Shown here one piece after another: positions 36,797 to 46,635 of a DNA stretch of 64,000 nt. The notes beneath the pieces were generated by a model. That model was given only the letters and a program-made list of their open reading frames with translations, did not search any database and was not told the origin of the DNA. Position 1 is the stretch's first letter. Each line of letters opens with the position of its first letter. A program made the translations under genes and the position numbers. Source of the stretch: a virus. The stretch lies in IMG/VR virus record IMGVR_UViG_3300009151_000031. One strand, written 5' to 3'.

Positions 36797-39385
36797 ATGG
36801 ACATTGATCCAAAAGTAGAAGAAGCACTCAAACGTCTGGGAATAGAGTTACCAGGAGTAGCCGATGGACTGGGTAAAATGCGCGATTCTACCGATGCGGT
36901 TGTGAAATCTGCAACACGTCAAGCTATAGAACAAGCTCGTGCTCATAGACAATTAACTGATTCAATTGCAAAAGAATTGCGGGCGCAAGGTGTAGCAATA
37001 GATCAAGCCAAAGAAATGGCTCGGGTTACTGCGGATCAGATTAAAGTTGAAGAAGCCGCATCTGAATCTGCAATTAAAAATCAAAAGATAGACGACGAGT
37101 TAGCTAAAAAACGCGAAGCAGGTGTTAAAAAGTTACTACAGAATTTACAAGGATTAACTACTCAATCGTTATCTGCTATATCTTCTTTTGCTACTAGTGA
37201 TAAAGCATTTACCGGAGTTGTCCCGACATTAGAGTTAATGGGTAATGTTGTTAAGACTGTTGCAGATGCAATGGGATTGATGCTCAGTGGTATTTCTATT
37301 TTTGGATTTAGCTTAGGAAAAGCATCAGAAGGTTTAGCTAAATTTGTTGGGATCGCCGCAGATATAACAGTTCAAGTTGGTAGAATGCAACTTGAAATGA
37401 GCCAGGCATATCTTGACAGTTATAATCAAATAAGCGCCGTTGGTTTAACACTTGGTGGACAACTTAGTGAGTTATCAACAAGTTCAAAAGAAGCTGGTAT
37501 GTGGATTAACCAGTACGCAGGATTTGTTAAAAATAATATAGAAGCATTGGGAACAATGGGCGGAACTGTCCAGCAGTCAGCTGAGCGAATTGGTAAACTT
37601 AGTGCCTCGGCTCTTAAGGCCAATGACAAATTACTAGTACTATATGGTGGGTATGACAAAGCCGCCGGCGCATTAGCAGGATGGGCAAAACAAGTAGCGG
37701 CAGCAGGAACAGATGCGGCTACAACACAAGCATACTTGACAAAAAATTCAACCGCATACTTGACTAACTTAAAGGCCTTGCAGGAATTGACAGGCCTAAG
37801 TGTTGAGCAGGCACAGAAAGAACAAGAAGAAGCACAAAAAGATATTGCGTTTAGATTAAAGATTAGAGATCTTCAAATTGAGGATGCAAGGAACGGCACA
37901 AATAAAGCACAGGCAGTATTAGACAATGAATTAATAATGCGTAGGACGTACGGCGCACAAGCCGCTGATTTATATAAAGAACGAATTGCTAACGACGGGC
38001 GAGTTATTTCTCAATCGGGATTAGTTTATCAATCATTCTTTAGAGTTCAGTCTGACATAGTTAATAAAGTTATTGAAACAACTGGTCTAGAAACTGCCGC
38101 CAGATTAAGAGCTATATCGGACATTACTGCAAATGGACGAGCTCTAATAGATGCTCAAACTGCTAATCAAAGAAACATAATAAAAATTGGCACTTACCAG
38201 GGCGAAGAAATAACAAAAGCTATTGTAAATGGAGTACGAGAGTCGTTAGATACAGCAGGTAAACAAGCTGAACTTCCAAAAGCCGTTGCTAGTGTACTTG
38301 AAAATTTAAAGAAGCCATTGGATCAAGCTGGGCAAGATTTAGCCTTATTATTGACGAAGCAAACAAAATCACATCAAGATATGGATGATATAACTGCAAA
38401 AAATATAGCAGACGTTGCAAAAATGGCAACAGCACTAACTGGTCTAACTGCATTATTAATAGCGCAGTTTGGCGGCAGTTCAAGATTAACTGGCGCAATT
38501 ACTACTACCGTTGAATCGTTATTGGATTTAAAACGTAGAATTGATGGAACGTCAACAGGCAATACAAAAGATAAAGGGTACGATTGGGGCAAAGTTGGTT
38601 CTGAAGCCGTAACTGTTGGGACTATAGGTGCGACAGTCATGGGCGCATCGGCATTGGCTGGAGGTATTACTGCCCCGGCAGCATTACCAATCGCCGCGGC
38701 AGGCGGAATTGGTGGCAGCATTATTGGTGGCGGAACGGAACTATTCCGCCAATGGTATAATAAGACATTCGGTAGTGGTGATACCGGATCGGCAGATGTT
38801 GGCAAATTATTAAAGTTCCAAGGCGGCAAAACAGGCGATGCTTTACACTATGCTGGCATGAACCCAGATGCAAGAGCCGCATTTGAAAAAATGATAGCAG
38901 AACATGGTCAGCCAGTTAAAATTACTTCATCGTATCGTAGTCCTGAAGAGCAAGCGGCATTTTATGCGGCCTGGTTAAAAGCTGGTGGCGGCCCTGGTAA
39001 TCCTACAGTAACAACCCCAGAGTTTGGATCCCTTACAACTCCTACCCCGCCAGGCCGACCCGACCCACACGGACAGGGATTTGCGTTAGACCTGGACCGA
39101 AGTGATTATGAAAAATTAAAAACAAGCGGATTATTGGCCAAATTTGGATTTAGAGACGTTGCTGGCGATCCCGGGCATATACAAAAAATGGCCAAAGGTG
39201 GTATTACCGATGGAGTGAGCATTGCTGGAGAAGAAGGTCCAGAAGCAGTTATTCCGCTACCAGATGGTCGTACTATACCAATTAAAATGGATACAGGTAA
39301 ACTAATTGAAAAACTTGATGAGTTATTAACGGTGATGATAGATAACAGAGATTATTCGGAAAAGATTAGTAGGTCAGTTGCCTAA
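36797..39385 (+). CDS. Tape-measure-like protein with a C-terminal M15-type peptidoglycan peptidase domain
   Basis: 862 aa, long Ala/Gln/Lys-rich helical region. It has ITSSYRSPEEQ...PHGQGFALD...DPGH (M15 Zn ligands) and the AKGGI...AGEEGPEAVIPL motif common at tape-measure C-termini. Confidence 0.75.
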   Translation: MDIDPKVEEALKRLGIELPGVADGLGKMRDSTDAVVKSATRQAIEQARAHRQLTDSIAKELRAQGVAIDQAKEMARVTADQIKVEEAASESAIKNQKIDDELAKKREAGVKKLLQNLQGLTTQSLSAISSFATSDKAFTGVVPTLELMGNVVKTVADAMGLMLSGISIFGFSLGKASEGLAKFVGIAADITVQVGRMQLEMSQAYLDSYNQISAVGLTLGGQLSELSTSSKEAGMWINQYAGFVKNNIEALGTMGGTVQQSAERIGKLSASALKANDKLLVLYGGYDKAAGALAGWAKQVAAAGTDAATTQAYLTKNSTAYLTNLKALQELTGLSVEQAQKEQEEAQKDIAFRLKIRDLQIEDARNGTNKAQAVLDNELIMRRTYGAQAADLYKERIANDGRVISQSGLVYQSFFRVQSDIVNKVIETTGLETAARLRAISDITANGRALIDAQTANQRNIIKIGTYQGEEITKAIVNGVRESLDTAGKQAELPKAVASVLENLKKPLDQAGQDLALLLTKQTKSHQDMDDITAKNIADVAKMATALTGLTALLIAQFGGSSRLTGAITTTVESLLDLKRRIDGTSTGNTKDKGYDWGKVGSEAVTVGTIGATVMGASALAGGITAPAALPIAAAGGIGGSIIGGGTELFRQWYNKTFGSGDTGSADVGKLLKFQGGKTGDALHYAGMNPDARAAFEKMIAEHGQPVKITSSYRSPEEQAAFYAAWLKAGGGPGNPTVTTPEFGSLTTPTPPGRPDPHGQGFALDLDRSDYEKLKTSGLLAKFGFRDVAGDPGHIQKMAKGGITDGVSIAGEEGPEAVIPLPDGRTIPIKMDTGKLIEKLDELLTVMIDNRDYSEKISRSVA

Positions 39386-39390
39386 CTAGC

Positions 39391-39398
39391 TATAAATA
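39391..39398 (+). promoter_or_regulatory. Late promoter TATAAATA for the portal gene
   Basis: Exact T4 late consensus 21 nt upstream of the portal ATG. Confidence 0.75.
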
Positions 39399-39419
39399 TA
39401 GCATAACAGAGAATATTAT

Positions 39420-41120
39420 ATGGCCGGTTGGAAAAAATACTTTAAAACCAGTAACTTACCTAGTAACATCAGCCCCTTGGGTGGCGGACGCATTGCTGAC
39501 CCAGGCATGCGTAACTATCAAAGTCAATTACCTGAAGTTTATATTGGACATCCAAATCGCGTTGAGCGATATAACCAGTATGAACAAATGGACATGGACA
39601 GCGAAGTCAATGCGGCACTAGATATTCTTGCTGAGTTTATGACTCAAAAGAATGAAGAGAACCATACATCGTTTACCTTAAAGTTTAAAGAAACTCCCAG
39701 TGACAACGAAGTCAAGATCTTAAAAGAACAGCTACAACAATGGGTAGCCTTGAACGAATTAAACAAACGTTCATTTAAAATTGTACGTAATACATTAAAG
39801 TACGGAGATCAAGTATTCATCCGTGATCCAGAAAACTTTAAACTGATGTGGACAGAAATGTCCAAAGTTACCAAAGTTATTGTCAACGAAGGTGAAGGCA
39901 AAAAGCCTGAGCAGTATTTGATCAAAGACTTAAACCCTAACTTTCAAAACTTAACAGCTACAGCAGTAGCAACAACAGACACCTATACCAACCATCCACA
40001 AACTGGCGGCCCGAGCGGTGCTTATGTGCAACCACAAACACCATTTGGTGGTGGAAGTCGTTTTAGTCATGCCAAAAACGAAGCTCCTATCAACGCAGAA
40101 CACATTGTTCATGTGAGTTTAACTGAAGGCCTAGACGTATTTTGGCCGTTTGGTAATAGTGTATTAGAAAACATCTTTAAAGTATTCAAGCAAAAAGAAT
40201 TGTTAGAAGATTCAATTATTATCTATCGTGTACAACGTGCTCCAGAGCGCCGTATTTTCAAAATTGACGTGGGCAACATGCCAAGTCATATGGCCATGGC
40301 ATTTGTTGAACGTATTAAAAACGAAATTCATCAACGTCGTATTCCTACGCAAAGCGGAACAGGTAGCAATGCCAACATGATGGATGCCACATACAATCCA
40401 TTAAGTACAAACGAAGACTATTTCTTCCCAACCACAGCAGACGGTCGTGGCAGTAGTGTTGATGTACTACCTGGCGGTGCTAACCTAGGTGAAATTACAG
40501 ACTTGCGATTCTTTACCAACAAGTTATTCCGTGGTTTGCGTATTCCTAGTAGCTATTTGCCAACTACAGCTGAAGATGGTACAGCGGCCTATACAGATGG
40601 TCGTGTAGGTACAGCACTTATACAAGAATGGCGCTTTAACCAGTATTGCTTGCGTTTACAATCAATGATTGCTGACCGATTGGATGCAGAGTTCAAGCTG
40701 TTTATGCGTTGGAGAGGCTTTAACATTGATGGATCCTTGTTTGATCTACAGTTTAATCCGCCACAAAACTTTGCACAGTATCGTCAAGCAGACATAGATA
40801 GTGCTAGAATTGCTACATTTACACAGCTAGAAGCATACCCTTACCTAAGCAAACGCTGGTTAATGAAGCGTTATTTAGGCATGACTGAACAAGAAATTGC
40901 AGAAAACGAAATGGCCTGGGCAGAAGAAAAAGGTGATGTAGAAACAGCACCAGTTGATGCACCAGGACTTCGTAGCGTTGGTGTAAGTCCGGGTGGCATT
41001 CAAAGTGACATTGAAGGACTAGGCCCAGAAGGCGGCGATGCCAGCGGAGGTGAAGACCTAAGCGGCGCCCCAGGCGCAGATGGTCCTGCAGGGGTTGGTG
41101 TACCAGCACCAGCACTTTAA
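39420..41120 (+). CDS. gp20: Portal vertex protein gp20
   Basis: LLEDSIIIYRVQRAPERRIFKIDVGNMP, EDYFFP...GRGSSVDVLPGG.NLGEITD and LRIPSSYL are T4 gp20 family motifs. Confidence 0.95.
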   Translation: MAGWKKYFKTSNLPSNISPLGGGRIADPGMRNYQSQLPEVYIGHPNRVERYNQYEQMDMDSEVNAALDILAEFMTQKNEENHTSFTLKFKETPSDNEVKILKEQLQQWVALNELNKRSFKIVRNTLKYGDQVFIRDPENFKLMWTEMSKVTKVIVNEGEGKKPEQYLIKDLNPNFQNLTATAVATTDTYTNHPQTGGPSGAYVQPQTPFGGGSRFSHAKNEAPINAEHIVHVSLTEGLDVFWPFGNSVLENIFKVFKQKELLEDSIIIYRVQRAPERRIFKIDVGNMPSHMAMAFVERIKNEIHQRRIPTQSGTGSNANMMDATYNPLSTNEDYFFPTTADGRGSSVDVLPGGANLGEITDLRFFTNKLFRGLRIPSSYLPTTAEDGTAAYTDGRVGTALIQEWRFNQYCLRLQSMIADRLDAEFKLFMRWRGFNIDGSLFDLQFNPPQNFAQYRQADIDSARIATFTQLEAYPYLSKRWLMKRYLGMTEQEIAENEMAWAEEKGDVETAPVDAPGLRSVGVSPGGIQSDIEGLGPEGGDASGGEDLSGAPGADGPAGVGVPAPAL

Positions 41121-41132
41121 TATTAAAAAGGG

Positions 41133-41138
41133 TAAATA
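41133..41138 (+). promoter_or_regulatory. Late promoter TAAATA, 8 nt before the ATG (leaderless candidate)
   Basis: GGTAAATAGTAATACTATG. Confidence 0.55.
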
Positions 41139-41146
41139 GTAATACT

Positions 41147-41371
41147 ATGTTTATTTTAGAACTATTCGACCCTGCGCCTGCAGGCTATCACAATGAAAAA
41201 GATGATCAAAGTGTGAGCAAAATGTCTGATAGTCGCAAGACTAGACTTACATTAGCACACCTAAATCAACTTCGTCAAAGTCATGATGTGCGTAAAGTAG
41301 AACACGAAAAGAAACTAGAACAAGTAGCAAAACAATATGCAGTATCGGCTGAATCGGCCGGACCAGTATAA
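41147..41371 (+). CDS. Small head-module protein between portal and core genes
   Basis: 74 aa; RKTRLTLAHLNQLRQSHDVRKVEH..KL..VAKQY; sits where T4 gp67/68 sit. Confidence 0.75.
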   Translation: MFILELFDPAPAGYHNEKDDQSVSKMSDSRKTRLTLAHLNQLRQSHDVRKVEHEKKLEQVAKQYAVSAESAGPV

Positions 41372-41449
41372 AATACCATATTTTTTGGTATATCTCCGAC
41401 AACCCAGTCAAAAACAGCCCATTTAACCCTTAATATATGTAGTTTTGTG

Positions 41450-41455
41450 TAAATA
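41450..41455 (+). promoter_or_regulatory. Late promoter TAAATA
   Basis: Upstream of the AAGGAG RBS of 41487; a second TATAAATA lies at 41367-41374. Confidence 0.55.
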
Positions 41456-41486
41456 ACATTACAAAGCCACTTATTAAGGAGTTCTT

Positions 41487-42494
41487 ATGAACAAGTTTGA
41501 AAAATTAATTGAATACATCATTAATGATGAAGATCAAAAAGCTCGTGAATTATTTCACGATATTGTAGTAGAAAAATCCCGCGACATTTACGAATCTATC
41601 ATGGACGAAGAGAACATGGAAGAACGTGTACACGGCGACCAAGTTGGTGAAATGGTTGACGAAATTAGCCACGAAGAATCTGTGGGCGAAGACGAAGAAA
41701 CAAACAGCGACGAATTTACTCTTGATGGCGATGACGATCAAGATGGCAACCCCGACGGTGCGTTCCCAGCTGATGATAACACTGATGATGCTAGTAACCC
41801 AACAGAAGACAACATTGATGATAAAGTAATGAACATTGATGCCAAGTTGGACGAGCTATTGGCCAAGTTTGATGAAATCATGGGCGATACTGGTTCAGAA
41901 CAAGAACCAATGGGTGCCGAAGAGCCAGGAATGGACCATGCAGAACCAGAAATGCCTGCTGAAGACACAATGATGGAAGGCGAACAACCAGAGTGGTTAA
42001 AAGCCAACAAAGGTAAAAAAGGTTCATCGGCTGAAGATGACGAAGAAGATGACGAAGAAGATGACAAGCCTAAAAAAGATGCTAAAACTGAAGGCAAAAA
42101 ATCTACAAGCGAATTAATGCGTGAGTATGTTGATAAAATTCAAGATATGAATTTATCAGGCGCTTCCGAAGGTGATGCAGTTGGGTCATCTGGTAAAAAA
42201 ACTAGTGTAAACAACAAGTCTATCACTGGTCCAGGCGCAGATTTTGGTGGTACAGCCAATATGGCCAAAGGTGGAACACAGAACCAAGATGGTACAAGTG
42301 CTCCTAGCTCACCAAAACCAGAACAAATTAAATCAGGCAACGTAAACACACCTGGCGGCAACGCTGGTAAGTCTGGCTTCAAAACTAAAGAAGGTGAATA
42401 TAGCACCGAACACGGTAAAGAAGGCCAAACAACTAGTGGTACCGTTCCTGTAGCTAAGAAATCTGTACAAGTACAGAATACTGGCAAAAAGTAA
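41487..42494 (+). CDS. Highly acidic prohead core/scaffold-like protein
   Basis: 335 aa, Asp/Glu-rich and low complexity; N-terminal FEKLIEYIIND.D.KARELFHDIVVEKSRDIYE; immediately upstream of gp21. Confidence 0.7.
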   Translation: MNKFEKLIEYIINDEDQKARELFHDIVVEKSRDIYESIMDEENMEERVHGDQVGEMVDEISHEESVGEDEETNSDEFTLDGDDDQDGNPDGAFPADDNTDDASNPTEDNIDDKVMNIDAKLDELLAKFDEIMGDTGSEQEPMGAEEPGMDHAEPEMPAEDTMMEGEQPEWLKANKGKKGSSAEDDEEDDEEDDKPKKDAKTEGKKSTSELMREYVDKIQDMNLSGASEGDAVGSSGKKTSVNNKSITGPGADFGGTANMAKGGTQNQDGTSAPSSPKPEQIKSGNVNTPGGNAGKSGFKTKEGEYSTEHGKEGQTTSGTVPVAKKSVQVQNTGKK

Positions 42495-42507
42495 TTAGGA
42501 AACGATA

Positions 42508-43146
42508 ATGGCTTTGTACCTAAAAGAGAACTTATCCTTTGACCGGGCAGGCATTGTAGTTGAATCTACAGAGTCTGCAGACGGAAAGAAAAAAGATCTC
42601 TATATGAAGGGGGTATTCATCGAAGGAGGCGTCAAAAACGCTAACGAACGTGTATACCCTGTTCACGAAATTGAAAAAGCTGTTTCAACTATTAATAACC
42701 AAATCAAAGAGGGCTACTCCGTCCTAGGCGAAGTAGATCACCCAGACGACTTAAAAATTAACTTAGACCGAGTTAGCCATATGATCACAGAAATGTGGAT
42801 GGATGGCCCAGCTGGTTTTGGTAAATTAAAGATTTTACCTACTGCTATGGGACAACTAGTAGAAGCCATGATTACATCAGGTGTTAAGCTAGGCGTTAGT
42901 TCTCGTGGATCCGGGCAGGTAAATGAAAGTAGTGGACACGTTAGTGATTATGAGATCATTACCGTAGACATCGTAGCGCAACCCAGTGCTCCTCATGCAT
43001 ATCCTAAAGCAATTTATGAAGGTCTGATGAACTACCGAGGCGGCGAACAAGTATTTGGTCTAGCACGTGAAGCTAGCCAAGATCAAAAAGTACAGAAGTA
43101 CCTGAAAGAAGCCGTTAAAGGCTTTATCAAAGATTTAAAACTATAG
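42508..43146 (+). CDS. gp21: Prohead core protease gp21
   Basis: KNANERVYP, GEVDHP, NLDRVSH and GVSSRGSG, plus DIVAQPSAP. Confidence 0.95.
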   Translation: MALYLKENLSFDRAGIVVESTESADGKKKDLYMKGVFIEGGVKNANERVYPVHEIEKAVSTINNQIKEGYSVLGEVDHPDDLKINLDRVSHMITEMWMDGPAGFGKLKILPTAMGQLVEAMITSGVKLGVSSRGSGQVNESSGHVSDYEIITVDIVAQPSAPHAYPKAIYEGLMNYRGGEQVFGLAREASQDQKVQKYLKEAVKGFIKDLKL

Positions 43147-43158
43147 GAGAAATATCCA

Positions 43159-44277
43159 ATGTTAGATGCTATCAAACCATTGTTGGATAACGGAATTATT
43201 AACGAAGCAACTCGTCAAGAAATTTCTGAAGCTTGGGAAGCTCGTATTACCGAAGCCAAAGAACAAGTTCGTGCCGAACTACGTGAAGAATTTAGTCAAC
43301 GTTATCAACATGACAAGCAAGTTATGGTTGAAGCTCTAGACAAAATGGTAACTGAGTCTCTCACTGCTGAACTACAAGAGTTCGCAGACGAAAAACAACA
43401 ATTGGCGGAAGACCGTGTTGCATTTAAACGCACAATGGTCGAAAGCGCAGGTAAGTTCAACAATTTCATGGTTAGCAAACTAGCTGAAGAAATCAAAGAA
43501 CTACGTGCAGATCGTAAACAGTACGAGAATGCCATTGGCAAACTTGAGCAATTTACAATCCGTGCTTTAGCAGAAGAAATCAAAGAATTTGAAGCAGACA
43601 AAAAAGCCGTAGTGGAAACTAAGGTTCGTTTGGTTGCTGAAGGTAAAGCTAAGTTAGCTGAACTACAAGACAAATTTGTAAAACAATCTGCCGCCGCAGT
43701 TAAAGAGGCTGTAACCAGTTCGTTAGAGTCAGAATTGACTCAACTAAAAGAAGACATTACATCGGCACGTGAAAACATGTTTGGTCGTCGTCTATTCGAA
43801 GCATTCGCAAGCGAATTTGCTGGTACTCATTTAAATGAGAACAAACAAATCCGTCAGTTACAATCACAAGTTGAATTAGTAACTGGTAAATTATCTGAAG
43901 CAGTTCAGAAAATCCAAGAAAAGAATGTGTTAGTTGAATCAAAAGAACGTGAAGTTCGTATTATTAAGGAATCAGCAGAGCGCAAGGACAAACTTGCAGA
44001 AATGCTGAAACCATTAAATAAAGAAAAGTCAGCAATTATGCGTGACCTTCTTGAAAGTGTGCAGACTGATAAATTGCAGTCAGCATACGAAAAGTATCTA
44101 CCAGCTGTATTGAACAACAGTTCTGTGAACACAGTGGCCCCTAAAGCTGCCGTATTAACAGAAAGTCGTGCAGTAGTTACTGGTGATAAAACTGCTAAAA
44201 CTGCCGTTACAAATCAACAAGCGCCTGACGTAATGTCAAACGTTTTTGAAATGAAGCGTTTAGCAGGGCTTAATTAA
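43159..44277 (+). CDS. gp22: Prohead scaffolding protein gp22
   Basis: 372-aa Glu/Lys/Ala-rich coiled coil between gp21 and gp23, ending MKRLAGL. Confidence 0.85.
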   Translation: MLDAIKPLLDNGIINEATRQEISEAWEARITEAKEQVRAELREEFSQRYQHDKQVMVEALDKMVTESLTAELQEFADEKQQLAEDRVAFKRTMVESAGKFNNFMVSKLAEEIKELRADRKQYENAIGKLEQFTIRALAEEIKEFEADKKAVVETKVRLVAEGKAKLAELQDKFVKQSAAAVKEAVTSSLESELTQLKEDITSARENMFGRRLFEAFASEFAGTHLNENKQIRQLQSQVELVTGKLSEAVQKIQEKNVLVESKEREVRIIKESAERKDKLAEMLKPLNKEKSAIMRDLLESVQTDKLQSAYEKYLPAVLNNSSVNTVAPKAAVLTESRAVVTGDKTAKTAVTNQQAPDVMSNVFEMKRLAGLN

Positions 44278-44302
44278 ACCCTAAATAGGAAAAGGAAATA
44301 AA

Positions 44303-45481
44303 ATGACACAACAATTATTAGAAAGCCGTTGGGGCGAGACAAAAGAAGCCCTGTTAGAAGGCTTACAAGGCTCTAAGCGTACCTCAATGAGCGTAATCTT
44401 AGAAAACACTCGCAAGATGTTAGCAGAAAATGCATCTGGTGGCGCAACTCAAGCTGGTAACGTAGCTACACTTAACCGTGTAATTCTTCCAGTTATTCGT
44501 CGCGTTATGCCAACTGTTATTGCTAACGAAATCATTGGTGTACAACCAATGACAGGCCCAGTTGCTCAGATTCACACATTACGTGTGCGTTATGCAGACA
44601 ACCAAACTGACTCATCAAGCTATGGTACATCCACAGCCGCTGGTGACGAAGCACTAAGCCCATTCAAAATTGCCGTTGCATACTCTGGTAGTTCATCTAC
44701 TGGTCAAGCTACTAGCACAGCCGCATTAGAAGGCGTTGCAGGTAACCGTATCAATGTTCAGATCTTGAAACAAGTTGTAGAAGCTAAGACACGTAAGTTG
44801 TCAGCTCGTTGGACATTTGAAGCCGCTCAAGACGCACAGTCTATGCACGGTTTGGATGTTGAAGCTGAAATCATGGCTGCTTTAGCACAAGAAATCACAG
44901 TTGAAATCGACCAAGAGATCCTAGGTTCCCTACGTGCTCTAGCCGCAACTGACTACACATACGACCAATCTGCTGTATCTGGTACAGCTACATTCGTTGG
45001 TGACGAGCATGCCGCGTTAGCTATTTTAGTTAACCGTACAGCTAACTTGATCGCTCAACGTACACGTCGTGGTGCTGGTAACTGGGCTGTTGTTTCCCCA
45101 GCTGCCTTGACAGTTCTACAATCTGCTACAACTAGCGCATTTGCTCGTACAACAGAAGGTACTTTTGAAGCTCCTACAAACACTAAGTTTGTTGGTACAT
45201 TAAACGGTGCTATGAAGGTTTATGTTGACGGTTACGCAAATGACAGCCAAGCTGTATTAGTTGGATACAAAGGTTCTAGCGAGGCAGATGCTGCCGCGTT
45301 CTATTGCCCATACATTCCTCTAATGAGTTCTGGTGTTGTTCTAGATCCAACAACTTTTGAACCAGTCGTAAGTTTCATGACACGTTACGGATATGTTGAG
45401 TTAACAAACACAGCATCATCTCTAGGTAACGCTGGTGACTACGTTGGCGAGATCGCTGTTGCAAACTTATCATTCCAATAA
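44303..45481 (+). CDS. gp23: Major capsid protein gp23
   Basis: RRVMP..IA.EIIGVQPMTGP, VEAKTRKLSARWTFEAAQD...HGLDVEAE, EITVEIDQE, FYCPYIPL and FMTRYG. A TAAATA lies at 44282-44287. Confidence 0.97.
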   Translation: MTQQLLESRWGETKEALLEGLQGSKRTSMSVILENTRKMLAENASGGATQAGNVATLNRVILPVIRRVMPTVIANEIIGVQPMTGPVAQIHTLRVRYADNQTDSSSYGTSTAAGDEALSPFKIAVAYSGSSSTGQATSTAALEGVAGNRINVQILKQVVEAKTRKLSARWTFEAAQDAQSMHGLDVEAEIMAALAQEITVEIDQEILGSLRALAATDYTYDQSAVSGTATFVGDEHAALAILVNRTANLIAQRTRRGAGNWAVVSPAALTVLQSATTSAFARTTEGTFEAPTNTKFVGTLNGAMKVYVDGYANDSQAVLVGYKGSSEADAAAFYCPYIPLMSSGVVLDPTTFEPVVSFMTRYGYVELTNTASSLGNAGDYVGEIAVANLSFQ

Positions 45482-45510
45482 TCTACCAAGATTACAGAAA
45501 TGTAAAAATC

Positions 45511-45537
45511 AAAAAAGCGCCGAAAGGCGCTTTTTTT
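45511..45537 (+). terminator. Intrinsic terminator after gp23
   Basis: AAAAAAGCGCC-GAAA-GGCGCTTTTTTT. Confidence 0.9.
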
Positions 45538-45548
45538 GTTGACTCAAA

Positions 45549-45554
45549 TAAATA
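45549..45554 (+). promoter_or_regulatory. Late promoter TAAATA
   Basis: Directly after the gp23 terminator and upstream of the AAGGA RBS of 45576. Confidence 0.65.
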
Positions 45555-45575
45555 ATACAACAACAAGGAACTTAT

Positions 45576-45866
45576 ATGGCCGCCCCAGCAAAAACCGCAC
45601 AAAAAGTAAAAGTAGCAAGTACGCCAACCACAGTCAAGGCCGCACCAATGACTAAAGTATCTAACCCTATACCGGCAACCAAAATTGGGATACCAGTAAT
45701 GACAGGTGGCGCCGCAGGACATGCTGGAGTTGGTACAGTGGCTGGAAAACCAGACTATAGTGCCAGTGGATCTTTAACTACCGCACAGACAGCCAAACCT
45801 GCCAAAGTAACAATCACAGTATCGGCAGTGGGAAAAACAAACAATAGAGATAAAAGCTATCTGTAA
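45576..45866 (+). CDS. Small basic Ala/Lys/Thr/Pro-rich protein, monocistronic late gene
   Basis: 96 aa with an AAGGA RBS, its own promoter and its own terminator. Confidence 0.7.
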   Translation: MAAPAKTAQKVKVASTPTTVKAAPMTKVSNPIPATKIGIPVMTGGAAGHAGVGTVAGKPDYSASGSLTTAQTAKPAKVTITVSAVGKTNNRDKSYL

Positions 45867-45882
45867 TATATTTTTATGAAAT

Positions 45883-45907
45883 AAAAAGGCTCTTCGGAGC
45901 CTTTTTT
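45883..45907 (+). terminator. Intrinsic terminator
   Basis: AAAAAGGCTC-TTCG-GAGCCTTTTTT. Confidence 0.9.
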
Positions 45908-45924
45908 GTTGGCTAAGTAATACT

Positions 45925-46635
45925 ATGAAACAATTACTAGTTGGCTTTGGCGACAGTTGGACATTTGGATCCGAACTAGATATACCAAGAGAAGCCCCGT
46001 GGGGCAACCACTTAGCAACAATGCTTGATGCAGACTATGTTAACATGGGCACACCTGCTAGTAGCATTGGTCATTTAAGTAAGCAACTCTTTGATTTTAT
46101 TAAAGAAAATCCCACATTTGAACAACGTAAAATTATCTTTATGGTTGGGTTGTCTGGACTAACTAGATACCTAAGTTATAATAATGCCAATAAAGAATTT
46201 GTAAATATAACACCAGACGCAGTATACAGCACAAGTAATATACACTTTAGCGGTCGCCCACCTGATTGTATTGATCATATGCGGCAGTTAGCACAATTAA
46301 CATATAGACAAGTTGAAGATCCAGTGTACAACGAGTTTATTGCAGTACAAACTATAACTTTGTTTCAGCAGTTTTGTAATTATAATGAAATTGATTGTGT
46401 GTTTTTTAGTTATTTTGACATGCCTACATTTAACAACTTTGGGCATATGATTGCTCAAGAGTATATCTACCCCGGCACAATTACACAGGCATTAACTGGT
46501 AAAGAATACACAATACCAGACATAAGAAACAATGAATATTTTGCAGGTAAATTATTCCACCCAAACATACTTGGACATCGACGCATAGCAGAACTGTTAA
46601 ACAAATTTTATGATAAATTATTTCCAGGGAATTGA
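45925..46635 (+). CDS. SGNH/GDSL hydrolase-fold protein
   Basis: Block I GFGDSWTFG and block V FHPNILGH; preceded by TAAGTA (45914-45919). Confidence 0.8.
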   Translation: MKQLLVGFGDSWTFGSELDIPREAPWGNHLATMLDADYVNMGTPASSIGHLSKQLFDFIKENPTFEQRKIIFMVGLSGLTRYLSYNNANKEFVNITPDAVYSTSNIHFSGRPPDCIDHMRQLAQLTYRQVEDPVYNEFIAVQTITLFQQFCNYNEIDCVFFSYFDMPTFNNFGHMIAQEYIYPGTITQALTGKEYTIPDIRNNEYFAGKLFHPNILGHRRIAELLNKFYDKLFPGN

